From: Bacilli bacterium
GTDB taxonomy: Bacteria > Bacillota_I > Bacilli_A > RFN20 > CAG-826
Length of the DNA: 64,000 bases
Direction of reading: 5' to 3'
Assembly (NCBI GenBank): GCA_024687185.1
Contig: JAILEX010000062.1
Location: 220 to 64,219 of the forward strand
Every line of letters begins with the position of its first letter. The first letter of the stretch is position 1. Both the position numbers and the translations under genes were made by a program. Positions 18,174 through 27,443 of the stretch are shown here, piece after piece. The notes under the pieces are model-generated. The model had not been told where the DNA came from, did no database searches, and saw nothing but the letters and a program-made list of their open reading frames with translations.

Positions 18174-19198
18174 TCTCCCTTACCTCCCGTAACCGTTTCG
18201 CGCTTTTCGTTGATCATGCCAACGAGTTTCTCCAGTGCGTCTTCCGTCGTGACCATGCCCAAAACCTTTTGGCCGGATTTGACGATGGCGACCTGGGTGT
18301 GCTTATCCTGGAAGAAACTCACCAAATCGTCGAGGTGGATGCTTGGCCTTACGAACTTAGGCGTTTTCAAGTGCTTGACGAAGTTGGCATCCTTTGGCGA
18401 AGAGAAATAATCGGAAAGGAAATCCCTGACGACCAAGATGCCGACTATCTTGTTGCGGTCGTTATAGTAGACCGGGATTCGCGAATAAGGACACTTCTTA
18501 AGGAAGTCGAGAAGTTTTTCCTTGGTAAGTCCAGAGGCATTGATCATCGCCATCTTCTTTAAAGGAGTCAAAACCTCGGCGACGCGGATATCGTCGAATT
18601 CAAGGGTGGCTTGGATGATATCGGATTCGTTTTCCTCCAACAGCCCGTCTTCCTCCGCTTCTTCTATCGCCTCCACCAAATCGTCCTCAGTCAGCTCGGG
18701 CTTTTCCTTGGAACGGAAGAGTTTACTGACGACGTATTGAAGGCCCCTAAATAAAATCGATAAGGGGAAGAAAAGGATAAAGAAAAGCGCCAAAGGATAG
18801 CAAAATACCCTGGCGAAGGTGTCGGGCATCTTCTTGGCGAGCAGCTTAGGAATCGTATCCCCGAATAGGAATATGATGAAAGCCATCATCACGGAGACAA
18901 GAATGGACAAGACGGTCTCTGGGATATATTGGCCAAGTAACGCTAGGAATAGGAAGGTCGACAAAACCGAGATGAAGATCGCGAAGATGTTGTTGCCGAT
19001 CAACACGGTTATCAAAGTGGAATCGAACCTTTCGGATAGAAAGACAACCACCTTGGCGGCCCGATTGCCTTCTTTGGCAAGGGCCCTGTATTTGTATTTG
19101 TTCACGCAGGCATACGCCGTTTCCGATAGGGAAAAGAATGCCGTGAACAAAATTGAGATCACAAGCAATAGTACGCTAAGCCACAAAGGAATTTCCAA
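18170..19198 (-). CDS. CNNM/CorC/HlyC-family transporter, a tandem paralog lacking the C-terminal CorC_HlyC domain
   Basis: 342 aa with DUF21 TM and a CBS pair. It overlaps the downstream paralog by 4 nt. Confidence 0.75.
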   Translation of the reverse strand: MEIPLWLSVLLLVISILFTAFFSLSETAYACVNKYKYRALAKEGNRAAKVVVFLSERFDSTLITVLIGNNIFAIFISVLSTFLFLALLGQYIPETVLSILVSVMMAFIIFLFGDTIPKLLAKKMPDTFARVFCYPLALFFILFFPLSILFRGLQYVVSKLFRSKEKPELTEDDLVEAIEEAEEDGLLEENESDIIQATLEFDDIRVAEVLTPLKKMAMINASGLTKEKLLDFLKKCPYSRIPVYYNDRNKIVGILVVRDFLSDYFSSPKDANFVKHLKTPKFVRPSIHLDDLVSFFQDKHTQVAIVKSGQKVLGMVTTEDALEKLVGMINEKRETVTGGKGE

Positions 19199-19266
19199 TT
19201 ATTATCACACTCCAAACACGCCAAAAGCCCCTTCCCAAGGAAAGAGGTTTCCGGTCTAACTAAATA

Positions 19267-21669
19267 TTAATCGTCGCCGCCTTCTTCAGATTCGGCAGCA
19301 TCATGTTCGTTCGCCCAATCGCGGGGGACGATCGGTCCCTGTTCGATATCGGCACGTTCGAATACGTCGGCAATAAGCTGTTTCGCCCTACGGACGGATA
19401 GGTCGCTCTTGACCTTGAAGACGAGGGGGATGTCCTCGTAGATCTTCTTATCGCCAGCGTTGGTAATGGGTAAGGTAGAGTCAGCGTAATCCTTGGGATC
19501 GAGGGCCATGTAGAGCTTTAGGCTCTTTCCGGCGATCGTCATGCGGATGTAAGTCACCTTATGTAGACGGAAGGTATCGCCGGCATTGGAAGTGCGGCAC
19601 TTCACGCCATAGGACATGATTTCGGACTTCAATTCATTGTAGTTCGCCCTCATCTGCGGGTCGGCATTGGCCATGCGATCGGTGAAGGGGATGCGGATGA
19701 TTTTCGCGGGTAGCTCTTCGGGCTCAGGCTCGGGCTTTGCAACCGGCTTGGGTTCTGGCTCGGGTTCTGGCTCGGGTTCGGGTTCTGGCTCGGGCTCAGG
19801 TTCGGGTTCTGGAGCAGGTGCGGGAGCGGGCTCTGGTGCAGGTGCGGGAGCGGGAGTTGGGCTAGTGACGTAAACGTTGATCGTGGGGATGGGTGCCGGG
19901 GCCGGTGCGACGGGGGCAGGGGCGGGTTCGGGTTCCGGCTCGGGCTCGGGCTCGGGTTCGGGCCTTACTTCTTCGACCCTGGGCTCTTCTTTGATGGGCT
20001 CTGGTTCGCGGATGATGACGCTGATGGGAGCGGGACGATCTTCCTTGACGGGCTCATTGGCCTTGACTTCGGCACGGACGATTTCGCGGATCATATCGGC
20101 GGTTAGGGCTTCGGAATCCTCCTTCTTCTCCTCTTTGGGGAGTTTGGAGAGTTCCTCGGCGAAGATGACGCGGATATCATCGGCGCTTAAGGTCGGGGTG
20201 GGTTCTTCGATGGCTTCGCTTTCCTCTTCGGGAGCGGGTTCGCTCTTTTCGAGGTTATAGGCTTCCATCGCTTCCTTGATGATTTGACGGATGCTTTCTT
20301 CGGTAAGCTTGGGCTCGGGCTCGGGTTCTGGTGCGGGAGCGGGTTCCTCGGCCTTCTTGGTTTCTAGGGATTCCTCGACGATCCTGCGGATCTCTTCGGC
20401 GCTCAATGGTCTTTCGCTGGCACCGACGAAGATGTCTTCGCCAGTGATGTCATCATAGGTGAGGGAGCGTAATTCGTCGCCGACGATCTCACGGACGTCA
20501 TCGGCGTTGAGTCCGCCTTTGGCGCGGAGGGCCGCTTCTTCTTTGGCCTTCTCGTTGTCTTCTAAGACGGCCTTGATGATGTCGCGTATGTTGCTTTCGG
20601 AAGGAACGAATTCATCTTCGGCAGGAACAGGGGATGCAACGGGAGCGGGAGCGGGGATAGAGACGATGACGGAACCCTTCTTGGTCGTGGAAGCGGCTTC
20701 CTGGTTCTCTTCTTCGACGCCTACGTCTTCGCCACGGGCCCTGGCGTTTTCTTCGCGGATGATGCGGCGGATGTCCTCTTCGGTTAGGCCGCTGCCGTTT
20801 CTAACGGGCTCGACGGAACCATTAGGACCATAGGAATTAACATATTGGATAAGGAAGGGGCCATTCATAAACGGAGTGGCGGAGGCGGGAGCGGGGGAGA
20901 CGTTAGGAACGGCATTGGGAGCTTCGGCCGCTTTCCTAGGTCCTTCGACTTCGCCTTTAGCGATATCCTTGGCGAGTTCTTCTTCGGAGGGATCCTCGAC
21001 GTCGCCTTCATAGACGCGCATAACCTTCCTTTCGTCGCCGGCGGGCTTCTTCGCTTTCTTCTTCTTGGAAGCGGGGGCGACTTCGCGGGACAAGGAGACG
21101 GGGAGGTTGATGGAGGCGATGATGAATAGGATCAATCCGACGACCGCCAAAACGACGGGTAGATAGGCAAGGAGCAATTGCCAGATGCTGATGACGGATT
21201 TCTCGGCGCCGGTGAAATAATATAGGACAAAGCCGACATAGCCGCCCGCACTCGCGGTACCGACGACGCCATCGACCTCGAGGATGTCGGAGTCAGGGAA
21301 GAATAATCCGGTGGGGGCGTTGCCCATGAAGAGGGTGACGCCATATAGCAAGGCGGCGGCGAAGACCAAGTAGATGACGAGGATCGCGATATAGCCAAAC
21401 TTCTTTTTCACGATCGCCATGATGAGCGAGACGAGGAAGAAGATGCCGGTGACGCCCAATATGCCAAACACGATGAACGCATATTCGCCGATGTTGGTAA
21501 AGGCGCTGCCGATGACCTGGAACACATAGGTGATATCCAAAATCGAGGTGTTCTTGAACATTGCCTGGGCGCCAAGGATGCTCGGGAGGAAATAGGTTAG
21601 TACAATCGCGCCGGCAAGGAAAAGGATTCCCAGGATTGACTGCACCACAATCGTCTTTTTCTTAGTCAT
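19267..21669 (-). CDS. Polytopic membrane protein with an acidic repeat region, (PE)n / (PA)n linkers and an unknown C-terminal domain
   Basis: 800 aa with about 6 N-terminal TM helices, seven [DE][DE]IRxI[IV]xEE repeats, a PEPEPE tract of more than 40 residues, and a C-terminal ~150-aa globular domain. Confidence 0.7.
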   Translation of the reverse strand: MTKKKTIVVQSILGILFLAGAIVLTYFLPSILGAQAMFKNTSILDITYVFQVIGSAFTNIGEYAFIVFGILGVTGIFFLVSLIMAIVKKKFGYIAILVIYLVFAAALLYGVTLFMGNAPTGLFFPDSDILEVDGVVGTASAGGYVGFVLYYFTGAEKSVISIWQLLLAYLPVVLAVVGLILFIIASINLPVSLSREVAPASKKKKAKKPAGDERKVMRVYEGDVEDPSEEELAKDIAKGEVEGPRKAAEAPNAVPNVSPAPASATPFMNGPFLIQYVNSYGPNGSVEPVRNGSGLTEEDIRRIIREENARARGEDVGVEEENQEAASTTKKGSVIVSIPAPAPVASPVPAEDEFVPSESNIRDIIKAVLEDNEKAKEEAALRAKGGLNADDVREIVGDELRSLTYDDITGEDIFVGASERPLSAEEIRRIVEESLETKKAEEPAPAPEPEPEPKLTEESIRQIIKEAMEAYNLEKSEPAPEEESEAIEEPTPTLSADDIRVIFAEELSKLPKEEKKEDSEALTADMIREIVRAEVKANEPVKEDRPAPISVIIREPEPIKEEPRVEEVRPEPEPEPEPEPEPAPAPVAPAPAPIPTINVYVTSPTPAPAPAPEPAPAPAPEPEPEPEPEPEPEPEPEPEPKPVAKPEPEPEELPAKIIRIPFTDRMANADPQMRANYNELKSEIMSYGVKCRTSNAGDTFRLHKVTYIRMTIAGKSLKLYMALDPKDYADSTLPITNAGDKKIYEDIPLVFKVKSDLSVRRAKQLIADVFERADIEQGPIVPRDWANEHDAAESEEGGDD
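19730..19975. repeat. Hexanucleotide SSR (GGYTCK)n, about 30 units in two blocks, encoding the PE/PA tracts
   Basis: The + strand reads ggctcgggttctggctcgggttcgggttctggctcgggctcaggttcgggttctgg..., and it resumes at 19925 as ggttcgggttccggctcgggctcgggctcgggttcggg. Confidence 0.8.
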
Positions 21670-21966
21670 GTTGCTGCTCCTTTAGAAAATTTAATTGCTG
21701 TAGATAAGTTTATCTAAACTTTAGTTTAAATAAAAGAGGTAGTTTGGGTAAATGCCTGCAAAACCCCTCTTTTTTGGGCCTTTGCCCTAGTTATAAACCG
21801 CCTTGATTCATAAATCTTCTTTTGGTTCTTATAAAAACGGGGTTAGGAATGGCGATAATTTGACAAATATCCCCTCTTTCTTTGCCTAAATAGGGAAACA
21901 ATTGGAGAATTGCGCGGTTTTCCTATCACTTCACCCTGCCACCGTCCACCTCTAGCGGTGTACAAT

Positions 21967-22785
21967 ATGCCCATGCCAAACGGAACGATCGATAGATACC
22001 TTAGCCTAGATGGAAACCATCAGCTTTATATCGTGGACGCGTCTAATGTCATGGAGGACGTGTCAAACCACAAAGACCTAACCCCCATCGCCTTCGATGC
22101 CTTGGCAAACATCATCTCCCTCGCCTTGCTTAGGTCCAATAACCTAAAGGGGGCAAGCCAAACGTTGACCTTTCAATTGGATTCCGTTTCCGATATCAAA
22201 AAGGTCATTGCCACCGCTAGCGCCAATGGCGATGTGAAAGGGTATGTGGCCAATCCAAAGGCAAGCGAGGACATCGGCACATCCATGATTTCCTGCACCG
22301 CGGATTTGGGCGTCAAAGAACCCTACCACTCCACTTGTTTGGTCGATGGGACCAGTCTAGAGGAGAAGATCAACTCCTTCTTCCTCCAAAGCGATCAAAC
22401 CGTTTTGAAGTTTTCTTCCCTTATCGATAGGGAAAGCGGAAGGGTGGTCGCGCTTCTATATCACGAACTTCCCCACGATGATGACGTCGAATCCCTTTTC
22501 GACGAAAAAAAGGCGCACCTTGCTTTAAATAAAGACGAGCTTAGCGAAATCGCCAAGGCTTTCTATGGGCAACTGCCCCACGAACTAGTAAGCGAAGAAG
22601 AGGTCCGCTTCCATTGCAACTGCTCCAAGGAAAGGTTCATCGAGCTATTCAAACTTCTTTCCGACGAAGAGCTATTGGAACTATCGCAAAAGGAAGAGCC
22701 GACGGTCTCGACCTGCGGATGGTGCGGGAAAGAATATGAATTCTCCCCAAGGGAAATCGGGGAAATCCTGGCAAAAAGAAGCTAA
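21967..22785 (+). CDS. hslO: Hsp33 redox-regulated chaperonin
   Basis: A C-terminal CxC...CxxC zinc centre (FHCNCSKERF...STCGWCGKEYEF) and N-terminal DRYLSLDG...YIVDAS. The start is taken at an ATG immediately after TACAAT, possibly a leaderless message. Confidence 0.8.
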   Translation: MPMPNGTIDRYLSLDGNHQLYIVDASNVMEDVSNHKDLTPIAFDALANIISLALLRSNNLKGASQTLTFQLDSVSDIKKVIATASANGDVKGYVANPKASEDIGTSMISCTADLGVKEPYHSTCLVDGTSLEEKINSFFLQSDQTVLKFSSLIDRESGRVVALLYHELPHDDDVESLFDEKKAHLALNKDELSEIAKAFYGQLPHELVSEEEVRFHCNCSKERFIELFKLLSDEELLELSQKEEPTVSTCGWCGKEYEFSPREIGEILAKRS

Positions 22786-22805
22786 GGAATACCATTATCG
22801 TCGCT

Positions 22806-22832
22806 TAAGGAGGCTTGTCCTCCTTTTTTTAT
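22806..22832 (+). terminator. Rho-independent terminator of hslO
   Basis: AAGGAGGCTTGTCCTCCTT followed by TTTTTTAT. Confidence 0.55.
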
Positions 22833-22883
22833 ATAACCCCTATATCCTTATATTTATATAAGGGGAGAATACGAAAAAAGGCC

Positions 22884-22912
22884 TGATTTTCATCAAGCCT
22901 TTGCCTTCAACA
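22884..22912 (-). terminator. Terminator downstream of tRNA-Glu(CUC)
   Basis: Minus strand reads AAGGCTTGATGAAAATCAGGCCTT followed by TTTTTCG. Confidence 0.45.
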
Positions 22913-22990
22913 TGGTGACCCCAACTGGAATCGAACCAGTCATTCGACCTTGAGAGGGTCGCGTCTTAACCGATTGACCATGGGGCCAGC
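22913..22990 (-). tRNA. tRNA-Glu (anticodon CUC)
   Basis: GCTGGCCCCATGGTCAATCGGTTAAGACG, with a CGACC-CTCTCAA-GGTCG anticodon arm, TTCGATTCC, and a GGGTCACCA end. The minus-strand promoter TTTACA-17-TAAATT lies just upstream. Confidence 0.7.
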
Positions 22991-23044
22991 GGGCATAATT
23001 TACCATTATGCCTAGTCCGTGTAAAGATTTTTTCTCGAAGCGAC

Positions 23045-24727
23045 TTAGAGCTTGTTGGCGACGATGGTAAGTCTCTTCGTAACCCTTTCCTTACCCAAAA
23101 TCTCGATGATTTCATGGAGGTTCGGGGATTGGGTGGACCCGGTTAGGGCAACGCGGAGGATTTCCGCACCGTCGGAAAGGGAGCCTACGAAGGCGGAGGG
23201 GTTGGCCTTATAGTCCTTGTTGGAGACGGCAAAGCCCAAAGAACCGCCGATTTCCTTCACCGCGGAGAACCAATCGTTCTCCTCTACGCCAAAAGGCATC
23301 TTCTCAACGGAAGCCAAAAGCATCTTGGCAACGATATCGCTTGGGATAGTTTCCTTAAAGGGAAGGGGGTTGGCGACGATCTTCTCCCATTCGTCATCGA
23401 AGAAGAAACGGATGCTTGGGGTGATATCGCCATATTTCGCATAGTCCTTCCTGGGATTCTTGCGGTCTTTCTCGATGTTGAGGATGGCTTTGACGTAGTC
23501 GCCGTTTGTCGTGATGCGGGAGCATAGGTCCTCATCATGGGCTTTGGCATATTTGCTAACGGCGGCGAAAAGCTCGTCGATCGGGGTGGCGGCAATGACT
23601 TCCTTGCAGAAGAAATTGAGCTTGTCCATATCAAACAACGCACCGTCTAAGGACATCTTTTTGATATTGAAGGGGAAACGGCTCACGTCATAGGTCTTGT
23701 TGGCCATCGTCCATTCCTCGAAGTTGGAATTGGCGATGCTCATCAAATAGGCGAGCAAACCGCCTTCTGGATAGCCCGCTTCGATGAAGTAACTGACCGC
23801 GGCTTCGGCGTCTTTCCTCTTGGAGAGCTTCCTCTTGTTGCCATGGTCTAGCTTCATGATGGAGGGGATATGGGCATATTTGGGCGGCTTCCATCCCAAG
23901 GCGCGGAACATATCCAAGTGGATTGGGGTGGAGGGGATCCATTCCTCGCCACGGGTGATCATCGTGGTCCTCATGAAATGGTCGTCGCAAACGTGGGCGA
24001 AATGGTAGGTGGGCAAGCCATCGGATTTTAGGATGACGACGTCGGTGTCGTTGTCCTGAAGTTCGATTTCGCCGCGGATCGCGTCGACGAATTTGGTCTT
24101 GCGGTCATGGTCGCCGTTGGATTTGAAGCGGATGACCCAAGGGGTACCGGCGTTGATCCTCTCTATCCTTTCCTCGGCGGAGAGGTTACGGTCCCTGGCA
24201 TAGACGCCATAATAGCCGGGCAAAACCTTGTTGGCCTCTTGGCTCTTACGGATCTTATCTAGGTCCTCGGGGGTGCAGAAGTCGGGATAGGCACGGCCTC
24301 TACGGACTAATTCCTTGATGACGGCGCGATAGATATCCTTCCTTTCGCTTTGCTTATAGGGGCCATAGGCGCCTTTGTCGCCTTCTGGGGTATAGCCTTC
24401 GTCGGCGTCGATTCCGAATTGGTGGAGTTCCCTGATCAATAGATCGCCGCTTCCTTCGATGGTACGTTTGGTGTCGGTGTCCTCCAAACGGAAGAAATAG
24501 ACGCCACCGCTTCTTTTGGCGACCGTATAGGAAACCATGGAAGTGAACAAACTTCCGGTATGAAGGAATCCTGTGGGTGAGGGGGCGAAACGGGTTACCT
24601 GCGCACCCTCGGGTAGGTTGCGGGCGGGATAACGCGCCTCAAGGTCATCGATCGTCATGGTGACGTCGGGGAATAGTAATTCGGCCAAATCGTTGTTGTC
24701 GGGCATAAGCGTACCTCCAAATGGCAA
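23045..24727 (-). CDS. gltX: Glutamyl-tRNA synthetase
   Basis: HIGH-class motif RFAPSPTGFLHTG and KMSKS-class motif KLSKRKD, 560 aa. A GGAGGT RBS precedes it. Confidence 0.85.
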   Translation of the reverse strand: MPFGGTLMPDNNDLAELLFPDVTMTIDDLEARYPARNLPEGAQVTRFAPSPTGFLHTGSLFTSMVSYTVAKRSGGVYFFRLEDTDTKRTIEGSGDLLIRELHQFGIDADEGYTPEGDKGAYGPYKQSERKDIYRAVIKELVRRGRAYPDFCTPEDLDKIRKSQEANKVLPGYYGVYARDRNLSAEERIERINAGTPWVIRFKSNGDHDRKTKFVDAIRGEIELQDNDTDVVILKSDGLPTYHFAHVCDDHFMRTTMITRGEEWIPSTPIHLDMFRALGWKPPKYAHIPSIMKLDHGNKRKLSKRKDAEAAVSYFIEAGYPEGGLLAYLMSIANSNFEEWTMANKTYDVSRFPFNIKKMSLDGALFDMDKLNFFCKEVIAATPIDELFAAVSKYAKAHDEDLCSRITTNGDYVKAILNIEKDRKNPRKDYAKYGDITPSIRFFFDDEWEKIVANPLPFKETIPSDIVAKMLLASVEKMPFGVEENDWFSAVKEIGGSLGFAVSNKDYKANPSAFVGSLSDGAEILRVALTGSTQSPNLHEIIEILGKERVTKRLTIVANKL

Positions 24728-24761
24728 GTGGATTATACGCGCGCAGGAAATAAACTTCTAC

Positions 24762-24791
24762 TTGAAACACCTCGATTAACGTGTCTATAAT
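24762..24791 (+). promoter_or_regulatory. Sigma70 promoter of tRNA-Gly(GCC)
   Basis: TTGAAA, 18 nt, TATAAT, ending 26 nt before the tRNA 5' end. Confidence 0.4.
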
Positions 24792-24817
24792 CTTACCGCT
24801 TTCCAAAAGAAGGCCAT

Positions 24818-24891
24818 GCAGGCGTAGTTCAATGGTAGAACACTACCTTGCCAAGGTAGATACGCGGGTCCGATTCCCGTCGCCTGCTCCA
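24818..24891 (+). tRNA. tRNA-Gly (anticodon GCC)
   Basis: GCAGGCGTAGTTCAATGGTAGAACA, with a CTACC-TTGCCAA-GGTAG arm, TCCGATTCCCG, and a GCCTGCTCCA end. Confidence 0.8.
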
Positions 24892-24905
24892 TCTAAAGAG
24901 CGTAG

Positions 24906-24933
24906 CCCCAGTTAGAAACGGGGTTATTTTTTT
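24906..24933 (+). terminator. Terminator of tRNA-Gly
   Basis: CCCCAGTTAGAAACGGGG followed by TTATTTTTTTG. Confidence 0.5.
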
Positions 24934-24954
24934 GCCCTTTTTTGTGTCTTCAAT

Positions 24955-24988
24955 AAAAGAAAAAACGCCGTTTTTGCGGCGTTTTTGC
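24955..24988. terminator. Bidirectional hairpin terminator serving the convergent NERD gene
   Basis: AAAAAACGCCGTTTTTGCGGCGTTTTTGC, with a T-run on both strands. Confidence 0.45.
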
Positions 24989-24999
24989 TCGATAATCAT

Positions 25000-25623
25000 T
25001 TAGATCTGATGGTTGAGGTTCAATCTGGCGAAATCCCTCATGGCCGCGTTGACGGTCTCTTTGTTCAATGGGGGGACGTCGCTTGATTCAAGCGCCTTGA
25101 TAAGGGCGGGAAAGCGCGATAAAGACACTAGGAAGGAGTCCGGATGGGTGTTGTCCATATGGGTCATAAGGCAATCGTCGTTGACCAAAACGATCGAAAT
25201 GAAATATTTGGGATCCATATTGGCCAATAGGGCGAGGCGTTCCATCCTGACCCTATTTAGCAAAAGGGGATTGTTGATCGCCCCCTTCTTCTTGCCTTGG
25301 TAGAAGATCCATTTCTGGTCGTCTTCCTTGGCCGCGATGGCGCCGGGATAATATCTATCGCGAATCACATAAAAGAACTTATCCCCTGCCATAAGGTGGT
25401 CGATCGTAAAGGATTCCTTGGAGGAGATCTTGTTCATGAAGTCGTTGATGAGGAGGTAGTCGTTATCGTAGACGACCCTTTTCACCTTGTGGTAATAGAC
25501 ATGCACCAGAAAATGGCGGCAAAGAAAACGCTTCACGGGGCCATATAGGAGCATGAATAAAACTGCGCCACCGACGATGACGCAGGTAACGATGAAGATT
25601 GTGAGCCTAACGTTGTAGGGCAT
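25000..25623 (-). CDS. NERD-domain (nuclease-related) membrane-anchored protein
   Basis: The start is taken at MPYNVRL (AAGGAG RBS 6 nt upstream). It has an N-terminal TM helix, then YDNDYLLINDF...FTIDHLMAGDKFFYVI...NPLLLNRVRMERLA, matching the NERD pattern. Its 5' end overlaps deoD by 17 nt. Confidence 0.5.
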   Translation of the reverse strand: MPYNVRLTIFIVTCVIVGGAVLFMLLYGPVKRFLCRHFLVHVYYHKVKRVVYDNDYLLINDFMNKISSKESFTIDHLMAGDKFFYVIRDRYYPGAIAAKEDDQKWIFYQGKKKGAINNPLLLNRVRMERLALLANMDPKYFISIVLVNDDCLMTHMDNTHPDSFLVSLSRFPALIKALESSDVPPLNKETVNAAMRDFARLNLNHQI

Positions 25624-26341
25624 CGATCTCCTTCTCGGCTGCGGCAATGGCAAGTTCCATCATCGGGATGAGTTTGCTTTGCCTATCACTGGGAGGTAGC
25701 ATCGGTTCATCGTAGAAGGAATCGGAAACGGTGAGGATGGCGCCGGCCTTCTTCCCGGTTTCCGCCGCGTTGCTAAATAGGGCATAGGATTCCATTTCGA
25801 CGGCGAGGACTCCGAGTTTTTCCCAACTCTTCCAACGTAAACTATCGGCGTTATAGAAGAAGTCGGCGGACAAGACGGTGCCGATGCGCGCGGCAACGTT
25901 CTTTTCCCTAGAGGCGTTGACGATGTTTTCCAACAGTTCGAAATCGGGGACGGCGCTGAAGATGCCATGCCCTAGGTTATATTGGTCGGCCCAATTGCTT
26001 TCGGCGTGGGCGCCATTGGCGATGATGATGTCGCCGACGTGGATGAATTTCTGATAGCTGCCGGCGGTTCCGACGCGGATGATGGCATCCACATCGAAAT
26101 AGGTGAATAGTTCGTGAGCGTAGACGCTGATGGAAGGAAGGCCCATGCCAGACGCCATAACGGAAATAAGCTTTCCGTTTTTGGTTTTGCCAGTGAACCC
26201 AAGCATGCCCCTGACGCTATTTACCTGCTTCACATCGTGAAGGAAGGTATCGCAGATCCATTTGGCACGTAGGGGGTCGCCGGGCATTAAAACGACTTTG
26301 GCGAAGTCTCCTCTTTCAGCGTTGATGTGCGGTGTTCCCAT
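25607..26341 (-). CDS. deoD: Purine nucleoside phosphorylase DeoD-type
   Basis: MGTPHINAERGDFAKVVLMPGDPLRAKWI...VRGMLGFTG, nearly colinear with E. coli DeoD. It has its own promoter TTGTGA-17-TTAAAAT (26366-26400) and an AAAGGAGAAAG RBS. Confidence 0.85.
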   Translation of the reverse strand: MGTPHINAERGDFAKVVLMPGDPLRAKWICDTFLHDVKQVNSVRGMLGFTGKTKNGKLISVMASGMGLPSISVYAHELFTYFDVDAIIRVGTAGSYQKFIHVGDIIIANGAHAESNWADQYNLGHGIFSAVPDFELLENIVNASREKNVAARIGTVLSADFFYNADSLRWKSWEKLGVLAVEMESYALFSNAAETGKKAGAILTVSDSFYDEPMLPPSDRQSKLIPMMELAIAAAEKEIDALQR

Positions 26342-26447
26342 AATCTTTCTCCTTTATTTCAGTATATGATTTTAAGATATCGACGTTTTGTTTCACAATA
26401 TCCCAAACGAGGAAATTCGAAAGGAAATACGCTTTGTGCAAAAGCAA

Positions 26448-27293
26448 TTATTGTTCTTTGCTTTCGGGCTCAAACTTCATGTATTCGGTGAACCTGGCGT
26501 AGAAGTTTTCGGGGGTCACGGAATTGAGTTGTCCCTTATAGGCAATGGAAATACGGCCCGTTTCCTCGGATACGACAACGGTGACGGCGTCGCAGATTTC
26601 GGAAATGCCGATGGCCGCGCGATGCCTAGAACCGAATTTGCCGGTTAAGGCACGGGTGGTCGGACGATAATAGACGCTTGCGGCGGCTATCATGTCGTTG
26701 CGGATGATGACGGCACCGTCATGGAGGCGGGTGCCGACGAAGAATATGGTTTGTAACAATTCGGTGGAGACGGGGGCGTTGATCCTTGTTCCGGAGGCAT
26801 TGATGATGTCGTCAAGGTTATCGCTTCTTTCGAAAGTGATGATGGCGCCTGTTTTGGAATTGCTCATAAGCTTAACGGCGGCGTCGATCTTATGGTACAT
26901 GGCCTCGCGGTCGAACAGTGCTTCTCCCTTGGGTTTCTTTTTCTTGGCCTCGAAGAAGGGATTGGCAAAACCGGATTTCCCCTTGAGGTTATTGCCGGTG
27001 AGCGACCTCATATCGGCGGAGTTCGCCACGTAGAAGATCACAACGCCCGTCGCCAAAGACAATAGGCAGACTAGGGCTGGAAGATAAAGGCCGAATAGCC
27101 AGAACAAGACGGAAGAGACTTCGAAGGCGACGATCCATACCCTCGCAAAGACCCTTTTGAAAAGCCTAAGAGCCATGAAATCGATAAGTAAGAAGAAGAG
27201 AAAAACGACCACGAGGGAGATGATGTAGAGAAAATTGCTCGACATCATTCCAATGGGTGTTCCTGCCAATTCGTTTGCAAAAACCAAGTTCAC
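26448..27293 (-). CDS. cdaA: Diadenylate cyclase CdaA (DisA_N domain, membrane-anchored)
   Basis: 3 N-terminal TM helices, then TGAIITFERSDNLDDII...GTRLHDGAVIIRNDMIAAASVYY...RHRAAIGISE. Confidence 0.8.
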   Translation of the reverse strand: MNLVFANELAGTPIGMMSSNFLYIISLVVVFLFFLLIDFMALRLFKRVFARVWIVAFEVSSVLFWLFGLYLPALVCLLSLATGVVIFYVANSADMRSLTGNNLKGKSGFANPFFEAKKKKPKGEALFDREAMYHKIDAAVKLMSNSKTGAIITFERSDNLDDIINASGTRINAPVSTELLQTIFFVGTRLHDGAVIIRNDMIAAASVYYRPTTRALTGKFGSRHRAAIGISEICDAVTVVVSEETGRISIAYKGQLNSVTPENFYARFTEYMKFEPESKEQ

Positions 27294-27387
27294 TGTCGTT
27301 CCTTTCCGTCAAGAAAACTGACTTTCAGGAAAAGTTTACTAGTAAAGAAAAGTCTTTACAATCGCGATTGCTATATTTTGCTAAGCA

Positions 27388-27414
27388 AAAAAGCGTTCAA
27401 AAAACGCTTCTTTG
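27388..27414 (-). terminator. Terminator downstream of glf
   Basis: Minus strand reads AAGCGTTTTTTGAACGCTT followed by TTTTGC. Confidence 0.45.
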
Positions 27415-27443
27415 TTCCATAAAACCCTGCAAAAGCGCACTAT

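Noticed and set aside
19667-20260. Plus-strand ORFs translating to GSGSGS / GAGAGA low-complexity proteins
   Set aside because: They are antisense to the PE-repeat SSR of the 800-aa gene. Their apparent openness is a consequence of the hexanucleotide repeat, not of coding.
21748-21775. Reading the CCTGCAAAACCCC motif as a sigma54 (-24/-12) promoter element
   Set aside because: The GG-N10-GC spacing is not satisfied. The TGGCAC-like -24 element is absent in all copies.
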